In this document: piece after piece, positions 46,951-60,545 of the stretch
Numbering within the stretch: position 1 is the stretch's first letter
Layout of the letters: every line of letters starts with the position of its first letter
Assembly (NCBI GenBank): GCA_950097015.1
Contig: CATNEN010000038.1
Coordinates: forward strand, 24,490,001-24,554,000
DNA from: Macrostomum hystrix
Lineage: Eukaryota; Animalia; Platyhelminthes
Reading direction: 5' to 3'
Length of the DNA stretch: 64,000 bases
Position numbers and translations under genes: made by a program
The notes under the pieces: generated by a model
What the model saw: the letters and a program-made list of their open reading frames with translations, nothing else
What the model was told of the DNA's origin: nothing
Database searches by the model: none

Positions 46951-49579
46951 CTACTGGTGCTTGCCGTCCAAGTCTTTAGCGATCTCCGTCTCCCAGGCTT
47001 CAATGGTTGTCGAGGTGCTGGACGCAGCAGTCGAAGGAACTTGTCCTGGCACTGTGATGTTATTTTCATCGACCTTCAGTGACTTGTTTCTAGCTGAGGC
47101 TACGAATCGAATGACGGCTTCGGTTGGTCTGCTATTTCTTAGGAACCTGGTCTTCCACTCCACTCGCTCCTTGTAGCCCTGGTAGGCTGTCCGCAGTTCG
47201 GCGAACACGACAAACAGCAGCTCGAACAGTTCGCACATTGTTAGAATGGACATGCCCAAATAGAGGCCCAAAATGCCGCCAATGTCTGAGAACAGATTCG
47301 ACAGCATGTAAGACTCCACCTCCTCCACCATCATGCTGAAGGAGCGATAGGCACCCAGGGTAATCTGGGCAAAGTTGGTGGCAAACTGCTTCTGGACCTG
47401 TGTACGCATGCGGAATACTGCATTGTCATTTTCTATTTAATACGATTAAAAATAATGAATATTATCATGATTGAGCTAGAAATTTTCTTTTTATTAGAGC
47501 TTCTAGAATCTCGACGACTGGCGCTTTAAATGTGTCACTTGTTTTCTTCAGTATCTGGTATGCAATAATAAATTTCTGTGTTTTTATAACCCCATATGAT
47601 ACTTCGCACCGCTTCAGGCAAATACTTTCTCTTGCTATTTACCTCCTCAGCCGTAGTGAGATTGTTTCTAAAGTAGTTGAAAACATCCGGAACAGTGTAG
47701 TTCATCTTCAGCATCCTGTTGATGTGGTCCTGCATGATGGTGTCCTTGCAGTACACAGCAAGACTGTTCAATGGCCAAGAAGCCATGGACAGAATTGGTG
47801 TGTAGATTCTCTCCTTGCAGTTGTTCACGCAGTCTGTCATCTCGTTGAACAGTGTGCTCTGTTTCAACAAGTAGTCATATTCGCACTGGACTCGACGTTT
47901 GAACTCGGTGGCGTTAGTTGCCAAGGAAACGTAATGACACTTGGTACCGTTGACGACCTCGGTAGTGTTTTCATAGGGTGGCGCCACTCCGCTGGACAGG
48001 CATTTGCAGTCACCGAGGATCCTTTGGAGAAGCTGCCGATACTGGCAGTCCTCTTTGCCTTTGACAAACTTGATCCGGTTCTTCACTGCATCCTCGTAGT
48101 AGACAAAGCGCTCATCTGGGTCGCATTTCTTTGAGTTGCGGCTCACGTAACTGTGGGCAGTATAAATGGAGGCCGCTTTATTTGCATGCTTTGGATTACT
48201 TTTTTTGCATTAACTATGACAAAAGCCACACAGAAGCGTGTTCAATATCGCCTTTGAATTGCTACTTTGGTGTCGCATAGTCAGTTTTTTCGTCTGTCGT
48301 TTATAATACTGAGTGATCTATAGATGATGCCATAAAAAGTTGCCTAAATTTATAAAGCTCAGCGTTCTTAAACCTTTGATGTAACTGGGTATTGGAAAGT
48401 TCCCCAAGTGAAGTATTTCTGCAACGAGACTTGAGTCTTCAGTCTCTTTATTGCGTCATGACATGTGGTAACAGCGCTCACTGATATTCGACCATCTCAA
48501 AGTCCACGTAGGAATGCACGCCAGGCGATAGGTTGATGTAGTCGCGCGGGAAGTGGTCCTTCTCGCCGTAAAAAAGAATCGCGCCACCAGATTTCGACAC
48601 GTCATAGACACCTTCATAGGTGACACCAGCCGTTAACCGGCCGTAGATCGTCGGCGCTTCCGGCGGAAAAAGTACCGGGTTGTTATCAGTGAAAAGCACC
48701 TATGTTATAGTGAATGAAAAAATATATTTCGGTTCGATTTTTTAAGTTCTAAGTTCTCAATTTAGAACTGAATGAATGAATTGGTTACGTCAGGGCTTGG
48801 CTGGATGAATCTCTTTCTATTCTCCTTCTATAGTTGGTGTTACTTTATCGGTAAAATGTTCATCTCTTTACGTTTCGAAGGTTGTTGCTTTACCTCAGGG
48901 TCAGCTTTTCCAATAGGCCGAACGCACGAACACGACTTTAAGATTGTAAATTTATTCGTTTTTCTCGACTTACGAGTTCCAACGAAAATTCTGCAATGTC
49001 CTTCGTTTGTTTGAGCAGCGTTTCAGATGGCGCAAATCTAAAGCAGTTTCCATACTTGCTAACCCAGAAGTTCTGAAAATCTGTGAACGAACAATTGTAA
49101 CCCTTGTAGGAACACTTAACGATGAAGTAGTCCTGCCTGGTTCCAAGATATTTGAGCAGGTAGGTTGGGTCAAACATGTCCTTGGCTATTGGCATCAGAG
49201 TCTCATAATCTGCGCCAAGACCAACCATTGTAGTCACATAAGCAAACATTCTAGCTGTTGAAAACAGGCCAGCGTAAACGTCAGGGTGTTTGACAATGGT
49301 CTCGTAGAAGTTGGAGTAGGATATTGGTGTCACGCCGCACACCGTGATGTCTGGACTTTGAAACTGAATAGCTCCGGGGCTGATGTTAGCTGACACCGGT
49401 GTACTCATAAAGGTCATGACCAGCATGGACAGGTGATAGCTGAAACCGCCTAGAGCTGCCACCAGAAACAATGTCCACATGAGTTTGACTGGCAGTGACT
49501 GGCTGCTGTGAACCCGACTGAATCCGTGGGCCGTGGTCGACCGGATAAACTCCGAGATGCCTTGAACGCTGACTTCCAT
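46951..49579 (-). CDS. DEG/ENaC (amiloride-sensitive sodium channel family) subunit, paralog A, about 592 aa
   Basis: Exons 48974-49579, 48482-48699, 47643-48150, 46951-47397; TTAHG motif, TM1, PDITVC, YGNCFRF, Cys-rich thumb, TM2 SDIGGILGLYLGMSILTMCE. Confidence 0.93.
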
Positions 49580-50030
49580 TCTGTTTTTTTATCAAAGCTT
49601 GTCAATGATGGCTGAACTCGATAGACAAAAAGCTACGAGTATTTAATCAAAATTTTCTGTCTTATGTTCCACCGCTATAGGCTCGCTTAAATACTATTAA
49701 GTTGTGTTGGATTGGAAGTTAAGCATTCTACTAACTGTTAGAAATGTATTGTTTGTTGTACCATCCAAATTCGTTGCCACTGACAACTTACCTTTGTATG
49801 CCGAGTGATATTTCTAGTATTTTTTGTAGATCTGCACGTTAAGAGCTACTAAGTAGTAGGCCTTTATTTTTTTATAATGGAAATAAGCTTGATGATTCGG
49901 ATTCGGGTTTTGCCTTGACCAGGCCAGTGATTTACGGTCATTGTGGAGTTAGTCAGAATACCCACACTGGTCCGTCTTTCAAAGTGCTAACTCCTATGGT
50001 ATAAAATTTGTGACTTTGGTCTTACTGCAA

Positions 50031-50340
50031 GGCTAATGCTGGTACTCATTTTACATCTGGGTTACTGAAGCAAGGCGGAGTTAAGTGTCTTGCAAAAGGG
50101 CACAAATTGTGACAGTGGAGACCGGAATCGAACCCCCGACCTTCAAGTCGTGAGCCCGACGCTCCAACCACAAGGCTACAACGTCCTGGGGTAATTGAAG
50201 GTTGGTGCGGCGTCCCCCCAGTCCATGGACTGTAAACGGTTGTACACATCCTTTGAAAGCGCCGCGCTATGACTGCTACTGCGCCACTCTGCCTTCGCAT
50301 GTGGATCAAAAAGGAAAAATAAGGAAAGGCTTTAATTATT
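50031..50340. mobile_element. SINE family 1 copy with inverted 5' half
   Basis: 50031-50183 is head plus core on the minus strand; from 50186 the tail region lies on the plus strand. Confidence 0.82.
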
Positions 50341-50844
50341 GCATAATTTTAGGACTCGGTCGAACAGAATCCGTAGAACTGTCCGCCACCTGATCTAGGT
50401 CATTTGCCACTCTTGACTAGATTTCTAATTATATTTCTTTATGCCTCGAATGAGTGAGTAAAAGGCAAGCGCTAACAATGCGTTTATTTGTGATGGTGAT
50501 GGCCCTGTATACGAGGTGGTAAGGGCCGCCTTTTATACTCCTTTTCTCTTAGGTGTGCTCAGGTGTCAGGTGTAAAGCATTCTATTCAAAATTATATGTT
50601 GGGTAGTGCACAAGCAGCTGTGTAAGGTGGCATGAAAGGTATAGTTTTTATGCATTTCAAAAACCTCTCTTAAACTGCACAAGTGTTGTTGTGAACGAAC
50701 CGAAGGTTATGTTTCAGTGCATCATTGTGAAACATCCCGTAAGTCTTTGATGCGCAGAATGGCGTATTAAAAGTGATCTGTACGTCTTCTTATCAATAGC
50801 TCCATTGCATTGTTATTTTTCCACTATCTGAACTTCACTGGTTG

Positions 50845-53800
50845 TCATTTCAGTTCGTCAGCCATGTTTTCAGCAATCTCCTTCTCCCAAGCTTCGATTG
50901 TTGACGTGCTCGACGCGACAGTCGAGGGCACTTGGCCCGGCATCGAGTCCGCAGCAGCCTTTCGCGACTTGCTTCGAGTGGCGGCCGCGAACCGCACTAC
51001 AGCTGTGGTGAGAGCGCGATTTCTTAGAAACCTGGTCTTCCACTCCACTCGCTCCCTGTAGCCCTGGTAGGCTGTCCGCAGTTCGGCGAACACGACAAAC
51101 AACAGCTCGAACAGTTCGCACATTGTTAGAATGGACATGCCCAAATAGAGGCCCAAAATGCCGCCAATGTCTGAGAACAGATTCGACAGCATGTAAGACT
51201 CCACCTCCTCCACCATCATGCTGAAGGAGCGATAGGCACCCAGGGTGATCTGGGCAAAGTTGGTGGCAAACTGCGTCTGCACCTGTTGGTTGGTGGCGGG
51301 GTCGCTTAAAGTAGGACGATTGCTTATGTTAATGGCGAAATGGGTGAGTGGCAGAGCGGTTACCGCATTTCCCTCTCCCACCTAGATCCCTAGGCTCAAT
51401 TCCGCGGCGAGGCCACATTCATTTGGGGGGCAGCCGCGAAGAGAAGGCTTGGGGGCCTGCCGTGCGATTTACGCCATTGAGGCCAACCTCTTTAGTCGCA
51501 GTGAAAGTCTACACTGCCTGAAGATGAGAAAGTCAGGGCAGATGTACACACCTGTGTGAGCGTGGGCCTGCGTGCAGTATCAGTGTGAGTGTGTTCTCAG
51601 GAGTTAACTTAATTGGCCGAATTACGTACATCCTCGCTGGCTGCAGGTCTAGTGTCACCAAATGATGTGCCTTTGCCCACAACCCTTCTGCAATTATTAT
51701 AATATAATATATAATGCTGGTTGCGAATGTACAGGTTGGGAATATGTTTACTAGCCAAAATTTTCACGCAATCTTTTTCTGTCGGTATTTTTGCTGCTGG
51801 AGATCAGTCTGTAGATCGTACTGGATTCAGTAATATTCCAAAATACCGGTGGGCGAACGGGTGGCTCCCCTAATGAATACCCCGGTATGCTTATCAATTT
51901 CCTACGTCTTGTGATTATTTTTGAGATAAAATTATAGTCATGCCAGGCCATTAACTTCCTGCTTTTCGGATTATACGAGTACATTGGCCCTTAGCGTAGT
52001 CCTAGTTAACTAAAGGCCGATAATTGCGCATAAAAATTGACCATTTCTCACCTCAGCCGCTGTGGTGAGATTATTTCTAAAGTAATAGAACGTATCAGGT
52101 ACGGAGTAGTTCATCTGCAGCATCCTGTTGATGTGGTCCTGCATGATGGTGTCCTTGCAGTACACAGCAAGACTGTTCAATGGCCAAGAAGCCATGGACA
52201 GAATTGGTGTGTAGATTCTCTCCTTGCAGTTGTTCACGCAGTCTGTCATCTCGTTGAACAGTGTGCTCTGTTTCAACAAGTAGTCATATTCGCACTGGAC
52301 TCGACGTTTGAACTCGGTGGCGTTAGTTGCCAAGGAAACGTAATGACACTTGGTACCGTTGACGACCTCGGTAGTGTTTTCATAGGGTGGCGCCACTCCG
52401 CTGGACAGGCATTTGCAGTCACCGAGGATCCTTTGGAGAAGCTGCCGATACTGGCAGTCCTCTTTGCCTTTGACAAACTTGATCCGGTTCTTCACTGCAT
52501 CCTCGTAGTAGACAAAGCGCTCATCTGGGTCGCATTTCTTTGAGTTGCGGCTCACGTAACTGTGTGGGATCAAAGAAAGGCCGCTTTTCTTTTACAAATC
52601 AAAAAGGCATGTCATAAACTAGAATGTCATTATTTGTTGATGCTTGAGTCACGACGTTTTTTGTTTGATCTAAAGAAAAGCTAATCCCACTATTCCTGCA
52701 ACAATAGCTGATGCAATAATGTTTTGATATTCTCTTTAGTACCTTTCTGCGCAATTGAAGCGTCAGTTTTTTAACAGTCTTTTAAACAGAATAGAAGTAG
52801 CTCATTTCTATTGTGTCTAGAAAAAATGTTCGAGTTTAAAAAGTCACTTGACAAATCTCACTTCTGTGACATAGAAACATACTAGCACTGCAGCTTTGTC
52901 TCATAGCTCACAATGGCCCTTGGTATTATTAGTTCCTAACTGGATGGTGCCGCAGAAATTAGCACGGCGCATCACTAGGCTGTATGCGGCTTTACAGTCC
53001 ACGGACTGGGGAGGGGGGTGGAAGACGCCACACCCACTCTCAATTACCCCAGCTAATGCTGGTACCCGTTTAACAGCTGGGTGAACTGAAGCAATGCAGA
53101 ATTTAGAATCTTGCTAAAGGATACAACATGTACCAGTGGAGTTGGGAATCGAACTCCCGACATTAAGACCATATTAAACGATGCCGATATTTTAAAGCGC
53201 TCACTGATATTCGACCATCTCAAAGTCCACGTAGGAATGCACGCCAGGCGATAGGTTGATGTAGTCGCGCGGGAAGTGGTCCTTCTGGCCATAGAATAGA
53301 ATCGCGCCGCCAGATTTCGACACATCGTAGACACCTTCATAGGTGACACCAGCCGTTAACCGGCCGTAGATCGTGAGACTTTCCGGTCTCGAGATCACAG
53401 GATTGTTGTCTGTGAAGAGTACCTATAACATAAAATATGTGCCGGATGAAGCTATATATGGTTTGAATGTCGGATCGAACACAACGCTGTGATTGCCGAC
53501 TATGTATCTTATCAACATTTTTTCTTGCATTTTTAGCCCTGCAAAATTCTTACCAGCTCCATCGAGAACTCAGCAATGTCCTTAGTTTGGTTAAGCAACG
53601 TCTCGGAAGGCACAAATCTAAAGCAGTTTCCATACTTGCTAGCCCAGAAGTTCTGAAAATCTGTGAACGAACAGTTGTAACCCTTGTAGGTGCATTTCAC
53701 AATAAAGTACTCCTGCCTGGTGCCAAGGTACTCCAACAGATAGCTGGGATCAAACATGTCCTTAGCAACTGGCATGAGAGTCTCGTAGGTGTTGCCGACG

Positions 53801-54159
53801 CCGATCATTGTTGTGATGTAGGCTAGCTGGCTTGCCACAGCGTACAGATCAGCATACACACTGGGATACCTCACCACGGTCTCGTAGTAGTTCGTGTAGG
53901 ATATCGGGCTAACGGCGCACACCGTTATGTCTGGACTTTGAAACTGAATAGCTCCGGGGCTGATGTTAGCTGACACCGGTGTACTCATGAAGGTCATGAC
54001 CAGCATGGACAGGTGATAGCTGAAGCCGCCTAGAGCTGCCACCAGGAACAATGTCCACATGAGTTTGACTGGCAGTGACTGGCTGCTGTGAACCCGACTG
54101 AATCCGTGGGCCGTGGTCGACCGGATAAACTCCGAGATGCCTTGAACGCTGATCTCCAT
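50845..54159 (-). CDS. DEG/ENaC subunit, paralog B, about 589 aa
   Basis: Exons 53554-54159, 53205-53422, 52052-52559, 50845-51282; same intron positions and motifs as paralog A. Confidence 0.93.
51342..51712 (+). mobile_element. SINE family 2, full length, in the last intron of ENaC paralog B
   Basis: tRNA-like head GGGTGAGTGGCAGAGCGG, shared body, AT-rich tail. Confidence 0.82.
52925..53165 (-). mobile_element. SINE family 1 copy in ENaC paralog B intron 2
   Basis: Reverse complement of the B box, core and tail of the 24257 copy. Confidence 0.8.
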
Positions 54160-54847
54160 TTCGTCTGAGGTCGGCTAGTTGGTGAAAAAAAGTTTTTTTT
54201 CTATCTCGGCGTTTTAGCACTAGAAAATGTGAAGCTAATATAGCAACTCTCTTGAAGGTAAAAAGGTAAACGGTTGTCACTGGTTACTTTTATGTTCCTT
54301 GCTTTTTTGTTGTTGAAAGCAAATAGAATTTCTGATTTGTCATTGTGTAACGCCAATGCTACCCAACACATGCAGGTGGGTAATTGTTTGTAATACGACC
54401 ACTTTTGAGACCAAGAGCTTAAATTCTTTAATATTTTTTAGTTACAAAATGAGTTCATTAATCTTTATAAAATGACTCTTGTCAGTAACTGACAATCGAC
54501 CCACAGCCAGAACTCTGCCCTGTTAAGATCTGTACACTCGCCATGCTTTAGGGGTTGGCCCTAATCGGACAAGCCCCAAGCCTCCAAATGAATGTGGACT
54601 CGCCACGGATTCGAGCTTAGGAACCTTTGGGTGAAATTACGCCGCCTAATTCACAAAAAAACATATTATAGACATAAAAATGAATAGATCTCAGAAACAA
54701 AGACTGCTAACATCATTATGTTTGTTGAGTTGAATACCTTTCTTTAATTTGTAGTTACTCAAAGGTCAATCACTCTACTTAGAGTAGTAATTATTGACTG
54801 AGCTATTATATTTTTCATCGACTATTTGTGCAAGATAGTCAGTGTTC

Positions 54848-55085
54848 GGCTGTAGCCTAGTGGTTAGAGTTTAGAAACTCACGACTTGAAGGTCGGGGGT
54901 TCGATTCCCGACTCCACTGGACCAATTTGTGGCCTTTAGCAAGACACTTATCTCTGCGCTGCTTCAGTTCACCTAGCTGTTAAATCGGTACCAGCATTAT
55001 CTGGGGTAATTGAGGGTGGGTGTGGCGTCCCCCCAGTCCATGGACTGAACTACGCAGCCTTCAGATCAATTTTCAATTATTATAA
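54848..55085 (+). mobile_element. SINE family 1 copy
   Basis: TAGCCTAGTGG and GGTTCGATTCC boxes, CORE-like domain, shortened tail. Confidence 0.82.
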
Positions 55086-55574
55086 TTACTCCCAAGGGAA
55101 AAATTATCGTCAAAAATGAACATCGCCGTCTTTTTTAAAAGCAATTCCGATCGATTGACAGCGGCTGATAAAAATGAAGGCTCATTGCGAATTACTGGAT
55201 TGAGTGATCCATATCTTCGATTTTTTCCAGTCATGATTTCCAATTTCTACTTAAAAATTTGCATCAAAATAGTCTCAGTCTTGTTGCATTGAATTTTAAC
55301 GATGATTTTTACAAGATATTTCAGGTATGCTGTTGCGCTACGTGCACTGGTTTGGTTTTCAGAAGATGCTACGACATTTTATACTCGCTTTTTCGGTTTT
55401 AAATTTATTGTAAAGTGTTTCATTAAAAATTTATAGTGCTTGATTCGCTAAAGGTAGCAACGAACATTCTTTGATACTTGTTTTAGTTTGCTCATTGAAA
55501 CGTACAGTGCAGAAAGTGCCAATAGACAAAACTTAAATATCATCACAAACTCTATCATTCTCACCTTTTTCGAT

Positions 55575-56920
55575 TTTCCCATTCTGAAATTCTCCCATTC
55601 TGCCATTCTCCGATTCGCCCATTCTCCCATCCTCTCATTCTCCCATTGTCTCATTCTCCCATTCTCCCATTGTCTCATTCTCTCATTCTCCCATTGTCTC
55701 ATTCTCCCATTCTGCCATTGTCTCATTCTCCCATTCTTCCATTGTCTCATTCTCCCATTCTCCCATTGTCTCATTCTCCCATTCTCCCATTGTCTCATTC
55801 TCCCATTGTCTCATTCACCCATTCTTCCATTGTCTCATTCTCCCATTCTGCCATTCTCCCATTCTCCCATTGTCTCATTCTCCCATTCTTCCATTGTCTC
55901 ATTCTGCCATTCTGCCATTCTCCCATTCTGCCATTCTCCCATCCTCTCATTCTCCCATTCTCCCATCCTCTCATTCTCCCATTCTCCCATTGTCTCATTC
56001 TCCCATTCTCCCATTGTCTCATTCTCCCATTGTCTCATCCTCCCATTGTCTTATTCTCCCATTCTTCCATTGTCTCATTCTGCCATTCTGCCATTCTCCC
56101 ATTCTGCCATTCTCCCATCCTCTCATTCTCCCATTCTCCCATCCTCTCATTCTCCCATTCTCCCATTGTCTCATTCTCCCATTCTCCCATTGTCTCATTC
56201 TCCCATTCTGCTATTCTCCGATTCGCCCATTCTCCCATCCTCTCATTCTCCCATTGTCTCATTCTCCCATTCTTCCATTGTCTCATTCTCCAATTCTGCC
56301 ATTCTATCGTTCTCCCACCATGCCATTCTGCCATTCTGCCATTCTGCCATTCTCCCATTCTGCCATTCTGCCATTCTCCCATTCTGCCATTCTCCCATTC
56401 TGCCATTCTCCCATTCTGCCATTCTATCGTTCTCCCACTCTGCCATTTTCCCATTCTGCCATTCTATCGTTCTCCCACTCTGCCATTTTCCCATTCTGCC
56501 ATTCTATCGTTCTCCCACTCTGCCATTCTCCCATTCTGCCATTCTATCGTTCTCCCACTCTGCCATTTTCCCATTCTGGCATTCTGCCATTCTCCCATTC
56601 TGCCATTCTCCCATTCTGCCATTCTTCCATTCTGCCATTCTCCCATTCTGCCATTCTGCCATTCTCCCATTCTCCCATTCTGCCATTTTATCGTTCTCCC
56701 ACTCTGCCATTCTATCGTTCTCCCACTCTGCCATTCTCCCATTCTGCCATTCTCCCATTCTGCCATTCTCCCATTCTCCCTTTCTCCCATTCTCCCACTC
56801 TGCCATTCTGCCATTCTGCCATCCTCCCATTCTCCCATTCTCCCATTCCGCCATTCTGCCATTCTGCCATTCTGCCATCCTATCGTTCTCCCACTCTGCC
56901 ATTTACTTATTCTCCCACTC
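55575..56920. repeat. 8-bp-based satellite (ATTCTCCC/ATTCTGCC/ATTGTCTC)n
   Basis: Direct reading. Confidence 0.95.
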
Positions 56921-56999
56921 TCTCCAAAAACTTGTCAGTTGTCAAGTGTCATTGTCAATATTGCCAACTTTCAATAGTCGCGTTACTCTTGCTATACAA

Positions 57000-57108
57000 T
57001 TAGTTCAAGTGAATTCCGGAGAAAATCGGTGTTAGTCTTGCTGGACTGTTCGACTGGGCAATCTGCGGTGCAAACTGGTGCCCGCCGATAGAGGAAGATG
57101 TGGATTCA

Positions 57109-57145
<37 letters not shown>

Positions 57146-57488
57146 CAATATCAGGTCCGCCGCCGCCACGGGGTATACAATGCTCCAAATGGCGCCTCTT
57201 ATTAACGCAAGCCAGTGACACAAGAATCAGGGCTGATGCTGGCACAATAACAAAATAATAACTGTGAATAGCCTTGGCGCTGATGTCGCTGGCTTCGTTC
57301 GGATCTAGTCTATTGTAAGCTGGCGTTGTTGATGTTGACGCGGCATTAGTTCTACTAGAAGTAGGTTCCAACTGTCTTCCGGACATTGTTGAAGATTGAA
57401 ATCCTGATGCCGACCGCACAACTGAGCAGCTGCTGATGAGGCAGACAATCAGCAGAACAGTTCTTGTCCAACTATGTCGACAAGACAT
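57000..57488 (-). CDS. Small putative type-I membrane protein (signal peptide, S/T-rich stalk, TM, polyQ tail), 162 aa
   Basis: ATG-started ORF; hydrophobic VLLIVCLISSC; TM YYFVIVPASALILVSLACV followed by NKRR; no family recognised. Confidence 0.55.
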
Positions 57489-57699
57489 TGTTGACTTTCG
57501 CGTACTATTAACACTTTGGGTTTGTTTTTGTGTCTATTCTGGAAGTAGACATCCATTTTTATAGAGCCGAAACTAGGAACGAACAGCTCGCTGATTGGAT
57601 TAAAAGTTTTTCTTTATTATGAATTCTCAAGGCGCTGGGGTTAAGTAGAACTACTCGTACGAAGGGGGCGATTCCGCTCCCCTGACAGTTGTTTGTGCT

Positions 57700-59180
57700 A
57701 CACTCGAACGGAGCAAAGGCAAGCACACGAAACTCAAGAACACGGGCCAACTTTTTTTGCGCATCTTCTGAAACAATAATCAAGTCACCAGCTCTTCATA
57801 TAGCGCTTCAAGGTTTATGTCTCTTGTCTTCACTTGTAGTTTTCCTATAACTTGTCTATAGCGGTTTATTGCAGTCTAAAAGTCTTGAAGGCTATAACTC
57901 CTAACGACTATCGATGCTCAGTATTCCGGCTGGCGGCGATCTCTCTGGATCAGTATCTCAGATTCTGCTTAATAAAGAACGCAAACACACTGATTTTCTA
58001 AGTTTATCTAAACAGAGCTCAAAGTGAGTCTCTAACTAACTCGCGCGGCGAATCTTTTTCCGCGCTCCGCACCGATATATATAGTATCTTTAAAACCCCT
58101 CGATCCGAGGGGAGGCAATACCGTAGCAACATTTGGCGAGAGAATGGCGAGAGAATTTATGCGGGTTGAGGTCGCAGCCTCTAGTCTATTACAGTCATTA
58201 TCATTAGACTAGTTGGTTGGCAGGCACACCAACCCCTCTCCTATGGAGGGTGGGTAAAAGTCTTAAAATGCCTTAGCTGAGTTAGGATGCGTTCCCCCTT
58301 CTACTGAGACCTCTTTCCTACTGTTCATTATCCCTTTCCTTTCATCGATCCCGTCTTCTTGTGCGGTCCCGGGCTCCTCCAGATCTCGTTCCCGATCGGG
58401 TCCGGGCGGCTCCAGTTTCGGCTGGGTTGGGTCGATGCAGGCAGCTGTGGGTCGGGACAGGCCGGGTTGATACCAGCAGCTCCACGTCAGCGCAGCTGCA
58501 GGTCCGGTCTCGGGTCGTTCCACGTCAGCACAGCCGCGGATCCGGTCTCAGGCAGCTCCACGTCAGCACAGCTGCGGATCCGGTCTCAGGCAGCTCCACG
58601 TCGGCACCGCTGCTGCCCTGCCGAGCCGGGTTTGTGCTGAAATGATTAATTGATCTCAGGGCGGATTTTGTCTAATCATTCTCCTTTCAGTTGCTCGCCC
58701 TCTCTGCTGTTGCTATTTTTAGTTTTAGTTTCCAACTAACGCTCACTTAAATTCCCTTCAGATTTCCAAGTCTTATACTTCAGACCGTCGGTATATTCAA
58801 TGTTTCTGGCCGAAGGAAAGATTTTTCTCATAATAGCTAGGGTATATCATACACCCCAATACATAAATTAGCACTGCGCCTCAGTGGGCCTTCAAAATTG
58901 ATCAGCATGTCACCCGAATGTGCCTGCATCATCTTCGGTGGTCACCTACCTTTATCTATGACGGACTGCTGGACCTTCAAGGGCTACAACAGTTGGAGCT
59001 AGGCCACTTTGGACACCCTGACGCGAGTTTCTCCAATTTCACTGAATTAGAGAAAGCTCAACCGCAGTACACCATCACCTGATCTGTCAACGAATCAGTC
59101 ACCACCCAACAGCGCTGCCAAAAAACTACCTGGAATTTCCCTCGGTATAAAAACGGATGGCAAAATGGCTTGGTAGTCCT
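57700..59180. mobile_element. Unclassified dispersed repeat / TE relic with an LTR-end/PBS-like junction and short GC-rich tandem repeats
   Basis: Ends match 29345-29655; AATAAA at about 57971; ...GTAGCAACA|TTTGGCGAG at about 58131; about 36-bp repeats at 58478-58605. Confidence 0.5.
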
Positions 59181-59631
59181 ACTGTTAATTAGCTGGAATC
59201 TGATTCCTATCCTAGTCTTTTATTCAGTCTGTCCTTTTTTCTTTATCCCTCGAGTCAACGTAGAATTATTTGCATATGAAATTTTATTACCGAGACTCGA
59301 ATCAAAATTACTGATCCCACAAGGTTAATTACTACCCTCAGTAAATAAAATTTTCCTTCTCTTAATTAGGGGTATAGAGATAAACTAGTACTTTTTATTC
59401 CTAATTTCTTTCTTTGTCTCTAATAGATATGAATGTGCCTGCATATGGGATAAAAATGCATGAAACAAAACATAAATTCCAGCGATTTGTATCGATTTTG
59501 CTAAGATCCCAACATCCTTGCCGGTTTATTGTCTTCAAGGACTGAGAAGACAGTAGAAAAAGTTGCATTAGAAATTTGGCAGGATTCCTGCTGGGAAAGC
59601 ATGGAAGCTTATAGAGGTAATATTGTACTTT

Positions 59632-60545
59632 GAACTGTTTATCATGGGATTCTGTTTATTATAGGATGATTCTGTTTATCATGGGATCTGTTTATCATGG
59701 GATCTGTTTATTATGGGATTCTGTTTATTATGGGATTCTGTTTATCAAGGGATCTGTTTATTATGGGATTTTGTTTATTATGGGATTCTGTTTATCATTG
59801 GATTCTGTTTATCATGGGATTCTGTTTATCATGGGATTTGTTTATTATGGGATTCTGTTTATCAAGGGATCTGTTTATTATGGGATGATTCTGTTTATCA
59901 TGGGATCTGTTTATCATGGGATCTGTTTATTATGGGATTCTGTTTATCATGGGATCTGTTTATTATGGGATTCTGTTTATCATGAGATCTGTTTATCATG
60001 GGATCTGTTTATTATCGGATTCTGTTTATCATGGGATCTGTTTATTATGGGATGATTCTGTTTATCATGGGATCTGTTTATCATGGGATCTGTTTATTAT
60101 GGGATTCTGTTTATCATGGGATCTGTTTATTATGGGATTCTGTTTATCATGGGATCTGTTTATCATGGGATCTGTTTATTATGGAATTCTGTTTATCATG
60201 GGATTCTGTTTATCATGGGATTTGTTTATTATGGGATTCTGTTTATCATGGGATCTGTTTATTATGGGATGATTCTGTTTATCATGGGATCTGTTTAATT
60301 ATGGGATCTGTTTATTATGGGATTCTGTTTATTATGAGATCTGTTTATTATGGGATTCTGTTTATCATGGGATCTGTTTATCATGGGATCTGTTTATTAT
60401 GGGATTCTGTTTATCATGGGATTCTGTTTATCATGGGATTTGTTTATCATGGGATTCTGTTTATCATGGGATCTGTTTATCATGAGATTCTGTTTATCAC
60501 GGGATTCTATTTATCATGGGATTCTATTTTTCATGGGATTCTGTT
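59632..60545. repeat. 16-17-bp minisatellite (ATGGGATTCTGTTTATY)n
   Basis: Direct reading. Confidence 0.95.

Noticed and set aside
55488-57035. 515-aa His/Ser/Pro-rich ORF and overlapping ORFs
   Set aside because: Translation of an 8-bp-based satellite.
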